Made by a program: the position numbers and the translations under genes. Below are positions 58,112-64,000 of a stretch of 64,000 bases of DNA, in pieces; the stretch's first letter is position 1, and each line of letters opens with the position of its first letter. The notes under the pieces are model-generated. The model had not been told where the DNA came from. It did not search any database and saw nothing but the letters and a program-made list of their open reading frames with translations. The DNA comes from a candidate division FCPU426 bacterium (lineage in GTDB: Bacteria > Oederibacteriota > Muellerivitia > Muellerivitales > Muellerivitaceae): positions 320,001-384,000 of the forward strand of contig CAWCKJ010000003.1 of assembly GCA_963796105.1 (NCBI GenBank), read 5' to 3'.

Positions 58112-60519
58112 GGTTTCAAGACCGTTTTTTGGTAAGGAAGACCCTCTTTGGCCATTTTAGAGGTATAGAGCAGCGCCTCGCCGGGGCTATGGTCGGCGTG
58201 CAGGGTCAGGCAGGAAACGCTGTAGTAAGGAACCTCATAGTCGAAGTCCCGGCTCATGCCCGCCTCAACCACCACGTCGGATTCCTCCCCGTTCAAGGAT
58301 ATTCGCGGATGGCAATAACGGTCCCCCTCGTTGATCAACACCAATACCACATCCCGATTCTCGGGATCCTGGCGGGCGTAAACCGTGAGATCCCTCATTT
58401 GGGTTTGCGCCTGGACCGCCCGGCCTTTAAACTTCTCCGCGATCATTTTCAGGACCCAATAGGCGGAATGGGGCCCCTTTTCAGAGATATATTCCAGTCC
58501 ATCCCTTCCCCAAAAATGAGTGAATATACCGAAGTTAAAGCCTTCCCCCGAAATCAGCCCCATTTCATTGGCCTCCCAAAGGCCGGCCCAAATTCCCCTG
58601 GGATCGACGGCATCCTTCTGGACGCTGGTCACTCCCGCTGAGCATAAATTGCCCCCCGTGACCAGGACCGGGACATATACGTCGGTGTTTTCATAAACAA
58701 CATCCCTTAACTCCCTCAGCAGGATCGGTTCCGCCCTTAAAAGCCCCCTGAGTTTTCTCAGGGAAAGATCGGCCCCATCAGTGATTCCAAACCTGTGGAG
58801 GGAAACCATATCGATAATGTCTCCGTTGTACTTTAAGAACGGCCTCAGCCAATCCCCCTGGGAGGCGCTGTATTTAAAAGCCAACTCCGGTCCCAGCACG
58901 TAGAGGGTGGGGTCCTGGAGTTTCATGGCATTGTAATCGGCCCGGAAATCATTGATGTAATCGTAAGCCGAGTAATTTTCATACGCCGGATTTATGCTTT
59001 TGCTTTCATACAAGTCCGGCTCATCGCCGACGGTCCAATACTTGACGTTGAGTTTTTTTTCGATATTGCAGTACCTCACCCAATCCGCCGCCTCTTCGGG
59101 AAAGCCAGCCCGGACTTGCAGGATGGGTTCGACCCCGGTGCCGCGGGCAAAAAGGACGAATTTCTCCAATGCCTGGCGTTTCTGTTCCGGGGTTCCGCCG
59201 GAAGATTCCATTCCTTCCAGCCGCAGAATTTTGATCCCCGAGGTCTTGATCCAATCGCTCATGGCCTTTGGGTTTTGATCAAGCCACTCCTGGCTAGTGG
59301 ATGATAGGTTCAACCCGTAATAGGTCGGAACCGCCGCCCCTTTTTTGGGAAGCATATCCTCCGGCAGGCGTGAAAGCATGAGGGTGGCGGGTTTGCTTTT
59401 GGCGGGCCGGGGGCAGAGCGAACAGGCAAATCCGTTTTTCCTCGCGTAGATTACGGTCAAGTCATAAAGCCGGATGCCCTCCAATTCAAAAGCGCCGTTG
59501 GAGTCCGTGACCGTTTCCTTGGTGCGTGGCCAGGTCGTCACTTTGGCGCCGGAGACGGGCTTTCCAAGGCTGTCCAAAGCGAGGCCGGTGACCTTCTTGA
59601 CGCCCAGGTAAGTCGCGTCCGCGGTCCCGTCCTTGACAGACCCGGAATTGGGATCAGCGTTTTCGCTGGCCGGAATGGAGGCCTTGGCCTGGCTGGCCCA
59701 CTCCACTGCGGGCCAAAGAATCGGTTTTTCCCAGCTATCCGGGTCCCCGGTCAGGTCAAGCTGGACGCAGCGGTCCCCGTTGACCCCCCCCTCGTTCAGG
59801 ACCAGGTTAATGGCCGATTTCTTGCCGGGTCCCAATTTCATGCCCTCAAAAAAAGCCCAGGGGATTCCCGCCTCCAGGATATAACCCGATTTGGTCAAAC
59901 GGGAGATGACCCGCCCCCCGGCGATCTCCTTATCCAGGTTCAGGCAGTAAATCCTCGGATTTTTGCAGTCCGTTCCCGGGGAAATGGCGATCCGAAAGTC
60001 GCCGCGGGATAGTTTTTGCCTGTCCTGGACGCCCGCGTCCGTCGAGATGTAAAACTCCAGGCAATCCCCGTTCCAGAGGGAAAGCCCGCTTCCCTGGTTG
60101 ACGACATGGATGGTCGTGGAGGCGGTCGGGGACACGGCTTGTCCGGGGTAGGCGTCCTCCAAAGGCAAATATGGGTTTCCCCCCGGTTTTTGGACGATAG
60201 CGGCGATGTAGAGAAATTGTTCGTTGTAAGTCAAAAAGACCCTGCCGCTGAAATCATCCTCCCCCTTCCAAAAGGCTTTTCCCTCGGTGACTTGGGACCG
60301 TTGGTCCAAGAGGACCATCCTGGCGTTGGGCCACTCGATGAGATGTCCGTCCACCCGGATGGGAAGCGGGGTTCCATCGATGGTCAGGGGTGTGGGCTGG
60401 GGGGTCTGGGCTCGAATGGGCCCGCAGAGAAAGAGGAAAAACAATGAGAAGGCAAATCCCCGCAAGACTGGAATCGCGGTTCGGAGGGAGTTTAGGGAGA
60501 AGTCGGTCATAAATTTCAT
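58108..60519 (-). CDS. Secreted CBM9-like + carboxypeptidase-regulatory-like + clan-A glycoside hydrolase-like protein
   Basis: VDGHLIEW, WNGDCLEFY, GKPVSGAKV..TDSNGAF, AADWVRYCN..VKYWTVGDEP, DMVSLHRF. Confidence 0.75.
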   Translation of the reverse strand: MKFMTDFSLNSLRTAIPVLRGFAFSLFFLFLCGPIRAQTPQPTPLTIDGTPLPIRVDGHLIEWPNARMVLLDQRSQVTEGKAFWKGEDDFSGRVFLTYNEQFLYIAAIVQKPGGNPYLPLEDAYPGQAVSPTASTTIHVVNQGSGLSLWNGDCLEFYISTDAGVQDRQKLSRGDFRIAISPGTDCKNPRIYCLNLDKEIAGGRVISRLTKSGYILEAGIPWAFFEGMKLGPGKKSAINLVLNEGGVNGDRCVQLDLTGDPDSWEKPILWPAVEWASQAKASIPASENADPNSGSVKDGTADATYLGVKKVTGLALDSLGKPVSGAKVTTWPRTKETVTDSNGAFELEGIRLYDLTVIYARKNGFACSLCPRPAKSKPATLMLSRLPEDMLPKKGAAVPTYYGLNLSSTSQEWLDQNPKAMSDWIKTSGIKILRLEGMESSGGTPEQKRQALEKFVLFARGTGVEPILQVRAGFPEEAADWVRYCNIEKKLNVKYWTVGDEPDLYESKSINPAYENYSAYDYINDFRADYNAMKLQDPTLYVLGPELAFKYSASQGDWLRPFLKYNGDIIDMVSLHRFGITDGADLSLRKLRGLLRAEPILLRELRDVVYENTDVYVPVLVTGGNLCSAGVTSVQKDAVDPRGIWAGLWEANEMGLISGEGFNFGIFTHFWGRDGLEYISEKGPHSAYWVLKMIAEKFKGRAVQAQTQMRDLTVYARQDPENRDVVLVLINEGDRYCHPRISLNGEESDVVVEAGMSRDFDYEVPYYSVSCLTLHADHSPGEALLYTSKMAKEGLPYQKTVLKP

Positions 60520-60590
60520 TCTTTTAAGACGTCATCGCGGTTGGCTACGTGTTGCTGGAAATTTTCAAGTTCAGAATGCCCCCATGGGGT

Positions 60591-62072
60591 TCAAGCCCTT
60601 GAGGATTTGACGGTTTGCTTTTCGCTTTCAAAGGGGCTTGGCAGGCTCGTCTCGCCCATCAGCCACAAGTCGACCCCCCTGGCCGCCGCTCTTCCCTCCG
60701 CGATGGCCCAGACGATCAGGGATTGTCCCCGGGTCATGTCTCCCGCCGTGAAAATTCCCGGCACGTTGGTCATCTTGTTGGCGTCCCCCTTCACGTTGGT
60801 TCGCTGGTCCTGCTCCACCCCCAGCTTGGCGAACAGGGGGTTCTTTTCGGGGCCCAGGAATCCCATGGCCAGGAAAACCAGGTCCGCGTCGATGGAGAAC
60901 TCGCTTCCGGCGATCTCCTGCATCTTCGGGGGGCCAGAGGGCTGGGAAACCCAGTTCAGCTTGACCGCGTGGAGCTTTTTCACCATTCCGTTCTCACCCG
61001 TGAGTTTCTTGGTCAGGACGCTGTAGATACGCTCCCCGCCCTCCTCGTGGGCCGGGGCCGTGCGGAATACGCGCGCCCATTGGGGCCAGGGGTTGTCGGA
61101 AGGCCTCTGGTCGGGGGGCTGGGGCAGAAGCTCGAAGGAGGTGACGCTCTTGGCGCCCTGGCGGTGCGCCGTCCCGATGCAGTCCGCCCCCGTGTCCCCG
61201 CCTCCCAGGATGACCACATTCTTGTCCTTGGCCGAGATCTGGTTCTCCACCTTGTCGCCCTCGACCACCCGGTTGGACTGGGTGAGGTACTCCATGGCGA
61301 AATGGACGCCCTTTAATTCCCGCCCCGGCACCTCCAGGTTGCGGGGCTGGGTCGCTCCGCAGGAGAGCACGATGGCGTCGAAATTCTTCCGCAGGTCCTC
61401 GATGGGGACGCTCACTCCGATATTCGCGTTCACCTTGAACTCCACGCCTTCCGCCTTCATCTGCTCGATTCGAAGGTTCAAGTGGCGCTTTTCCATCTTG
61501 AATTCCGGGATGCCGTACCTCAAGAGGCCCCCGATCCGGTCGTCCCTCTCGAAAAGAGTGACCTTGTGGCCCACGCGGGCCAACTGCTGGGCGCAGGCCA
61601 GGCCGGCGGGCCCGGAGCCAACGACCGCCACTTTCTTGCCGGTGAGCTTCTTGGGGGGAAGGGGCTTGATGTTCCCCTCGTCCCAGGCCCGGTCGATGAT
61701 GGAAAGCTCGATCTGCTTGATGGTGACTGGCTGTTGGTAGACATCCATGGCCAGGGTGCAGGAATTCTCGCAGGGGGCCGGGCAAAGCCTGCCGGTGAAG
61801 TCAGGGAAATTATTGGTGGCGTGGAGCCGGTCGATGGCTTCCCTCCAGCGGTCGCGGTAAACCAGGTCGTTCCAGTCGGGAATGATGTTCCCCAGGGGGC
61901 ATCCCTGGTGGCAGTAAGGTACCCCGCAGTCCATGCAGCGGGCGGCCTGGGTTTTCAGGCTCGAGGGTTCCGGGGCGAGCATGTACTCTTTCCAGTCCCT
62001 CACCCTCTCGGCGACGGGCCTCTTGTGGGGCAGGTCCCGTCCCGCTTCCATGAATCCAGTTGGTTTACCCAT
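60591..62072 (-). CDS. gltD: Glutamate synthase small subunit
   Basis: MGKPTGF, RCMDCGVPYC, GSGPAG, GGGDTG. Confidence 0.98.
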   Translation of the reverse strand: MGKPTGFMEAGRDLPHKRPVAERVRDWKEYMLAPEPSSLKTQAARCMDCGVPYCHQGCPLGNIIPDWNDLVYRDRWREAIDRLHATNNFPDFTGRLCPAPCENSCTLAMDVYQQPVTIKQIELSIIDRAWDEGNIKPLPPKKLTGKKVAVVGSGPAGLACAQQLARVGHKVTLFERDDRIGGLLRYGIPEFKMEKRHLNLRIEQMKAEGVEFKVNANIGVSVPIEDLRKNFDAIVLSCGATQPRNLEVPGRELKGVHFAMEYLTQSNRVVEGDKVENQISAKDKNVVILGGGDTGADCIGTAHRQGAKSVTSFELLPQPPDQRPSDNPWPQWARVFRTAPAHEEGGERIYSVLTKKLTGENGMVKKLHAVKLNWVSQPSGPPKMQEIAGSEFSIDADLVFLAMGFLGPEKNPLFAKLGVEQDQRTNVKGDANKMTNVPGIFTAGDMTRGQSLIVWAIAEGRAAARGVDLWLMGETSLPSPFESEKQTVKSSRA

Positions 62073-62103
62073 ATATCCTCATTAAGAATCTTGTGTGGCC
62101 GTG

Positions 62104-62136
62104 AACTTAAAATTCTAAATTTAAAATTCAAAATTT
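62104..62136. repeat. Degenerate heptamer tandem repeat
   Basis: AACTTAA AATTCTA AATTTAA AATTCAA AATTT between gltB and gltD. Confidence 0.55.
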
Positions 62137-62139
62137 CCG

Positions 62140-64000
62140 TTAGGCTACCGCCACTGGCTTGGAAGCCGCTTCCTTTTGCGCCTGAAGGGCCTTCTTGTAG
62201 TCGATCGGCATGACCTTGACGAACTGCCCGGAAGTCTTGGCCCAGTTCTTGAGGATTCCCTCGGCGACAGTGCTCCCGGTGTATTCCTGGTGCTTGCGGA
62301 TCATGTCCTGGATGAGCTTCAAATTCTCCTCGTCCGGGCGCTCCAGCTCCACCATTTCCTTGTTGCAGTGGATATCGAAATCCCCGCTCCTGTTCCAGAC
62401 GTAGGCGACCCCGCCCGACATGCCGGCCGCGAAATTGCGGCCCGTGTCGCCGATCACCACCACCCGCCCGCCGGTCATGTACTCGCATCCGTGGTCCCCC
62501 ACGCCCTCCACGACCGCGTGGACGCCCGAATTCCTCACGCCGAAGCGCTCCCCGGCCTTCCCACGGATATAGCCTTCCCCGCTGGTGGCCCCGTAAAAGA
62601 GCACGTTGCCCACCAGGATGTTCTCTTCCGGCACGAAGGTGGCCTCTTTGGGCGGATACACGATGATCTTGCCCCCGCACAAACCCTTGCCCAGGTAGTC
62701 GTTGGCGTCCCCTTCCAGCCTGAGGGTCATCCCCTTGGGCACGAAAGCCCCGAAGCTTTGTCCCGCCGAGCCCTTGAAGGTGATCTGGATGGTGTCGTCC
62801 GGCAGGCCCTTGGAGCCGTGCTTGCGGGAGATCTCGGCCCCCAGCATCGTTCCCACCGTGCGGTTGATGTTGCGGATGGGCACCTCGAACTTCACGGGCT
62901 TCTTCTCCTCCAGCGCCCCCTTGCAGCGCTCGATCAGAACCTCGTTGTCCAGGGCCTTGTCCAGCCCATGGTCCTGTTTTTGCACGCAATAGACGGGCCC
63001 CAAATTGGATTCCTCCGGCTTGTAAAAGATGGCGGAGAAGTCGAGCCCCTTGGATTTCCAATGGGCGATGGCCTCGTTCATTTCCAGCATCTCAGAATGG
63101 CCGACCATCTCGTTAATGGTCTTGAAGCCGAGTTCCGCCATGATCTCGCGGATTTCCTCCGCCACGAACATCATGAAATTCACGACGTACTCGGGCTTGC
63201 CGGTGAATTTCTTCCTCAGCTCCGGGTTTTGCGTGGCGATCCCCACGGGACAGGTGTCCATGTGGCACACCCTCATCATGACGCATCCCTGGGACACCAG
63301 GGCCGCGGTCGCGAACCCGTACTCCTCGGCCCCCAGCAGGCAGGCCACAACGACGTCCCGACCCGTCTTCATCTGTCCGTCGGTCTGCACCGTGATGCGG
63401 TCCCTCAGGCGGTTTTTCACGAGGATCTGGTGGGTCTCGGCCAGCCCCAGCTCCCAGGGGATGCCGGCGTGCTTGATGGAGGAAAGGGGCGAGGCCCCCG
63501 TGCCGCCGTCGTAACCGCTGATGAGCACGTGGTCCGCGTGGGCCTTGCAGACGCCCGCCGCGACGGTTCCCACCCCGACTTCGGCTACCAGCTTCACCGA
63601 GATGCGGGCGTATTGGTTGGCGTTCTTGAGGTCGTGGATGAGCTGGGCCAGGTCCTCGATGGAGTAGATGTCATGGTGGGGCGGGGGCGAGATGAGCCCC
63701 ACGAAGGGAGTGGAAAACCTCGTCTTGGCGATCCAGGGATAGACTTTCCGGCCCGGAAGCTGGCCTCCCTCCCCCGGCTTGGCGCCCTGGGCCATCTTGA
63801 TCTGCAGTTCCTTGGCGTTGACCAGGTAATGGCTGGTCACCCCGAAGCGCCCCGAGGCCACCTGCTTGATGGCGGAGTTGCGGGAGTCCCCGTTGGGTTC
63901 CTTGATATACCTGGCCTCGTCCTCGCCGCCCTCGCCGGTATTGGACTTTCCGCCCAGGCGGTTCATGGCGATCGACAAATTCTGGTGGGCTTCCTGGCTG
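62140..64000 (-). CDS. gltB: Glutamate synthase large subunit (5' part outside window)
   Basis: [46 protein letters not shown]-terminal domain. Confidence 0.98.
   Translation of the reverse strand, partial: SQEAHQNLSIAMNRLGGKSNTGEGGEDEARYIKEPNGDSRNSAIKQVASGRFGVTSHYLVNAKELQIKMAQGAKPGEGGQLPGRKVYPWIAKTRFSTPFVGLISPPPHHDIYSIEDLAQLIHDLKNANQYARISVKLVAEVGVGTVAAGVCKAHADHVLISGYDGGTGASPLSSIKHAGIPWELGLAETHQILVKNRLRDRITVQTDGQMKTGRDVVVACLLGAEEYGFATAALVSQGCVMMRVCHMDTCPVGIATQNPELRKKFTGKPEYVVNFMMFVAEEIREIMAELGFKTINEMVGHSEMLEMNEAIAHWKSKGLDFSAIFYKPEESNLGPVYCVQKQDHGLDKALDNEVLIERCKGALEEKKPVKFEVPIRNINRTVGTMLGAEISRKHGSKGLPDDTIQITFKGSAGQSFGAFVPKGMTLRLEGDANDYLGKGLCGGKIIVYPPKEATFVPEENILVGNVLFYGATSGEGYIRGKAGERFGVRNSGVHAVVEGVGDHGCEYMTGGRVVVIGDTGRNFAAGMSGGVAYVWNRSGDFDIHCNKEMVELERPDEENLKLIQDMIRKHQEYTGSTVAEGILKNWAKTSGQFVKVMPIDYKKALQAQKEAASKPVAVA

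Noticed and set aside
60541..63514. Long alternative-frame ORFs over gltD/gltB (and likewise over dxs, leuS, murJ)
   Set aside because: Expected by-products of GC-rich codon usage in well-conserved genes.
1..64000. rRNA, tRNA genes and CRISPR arrays
   Set aside because: None recognised by eye; a tRNAscan/Infernal/CRISPR scan would be needed to exclude them formally.

Overview
64-kb chromosomal segment of a diderm (lptE, Omp85-type barrel, murJ), probably anaerobic bacterium using the standard genetic code. Bases 1-9.8 kb are an accessory island. It holds the 3' end of an Rhs toxin gene, then two four-gene modules (Rhs core plus a peptidoglycan lytic-transglycosylase-like C-terminal toxin, a signal-peptide immunity gene, and two small related secreted helical proteins, closed by a terminator). 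After these come a tail-less Rhs fragment, vapBC genes and a frameshifted CBM9-like gene. Bases 10-48 kb are mostly + strand housekeeping genes: xseB-ispA-DUF212-dxs-M23, two 2-oxoacid:ferredoxin oxidoreductases, recN, leuS-lptE-holA, rpsT, murJ, ogt, a Ser/Thr kinase-NHL plus FHA-GAF-adenylate cyclase pair, mutL-miaA, sppA, and TolB-like and Omp85-like proteins, followed by an intact IS1380-family element. At about 48.3-50 kb gene orientation flips convergently. A lone Xer-type recombinase sits there directly downstream of a symmetric 28-bp dif-like site that overlaps its own promoter, suggesting a single-recombinase chromosome-dimer-resolution module at the terminus. Bases 50-64 kb are - strand genes: hydrolases, rsmB-fmt-def, thiE, PAP2, a CBM9/GH-like protein and gltDB. 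No rRNA, tRNA or CRISPR array was seen. All family calls come from motif recognition by eye, not database searches.
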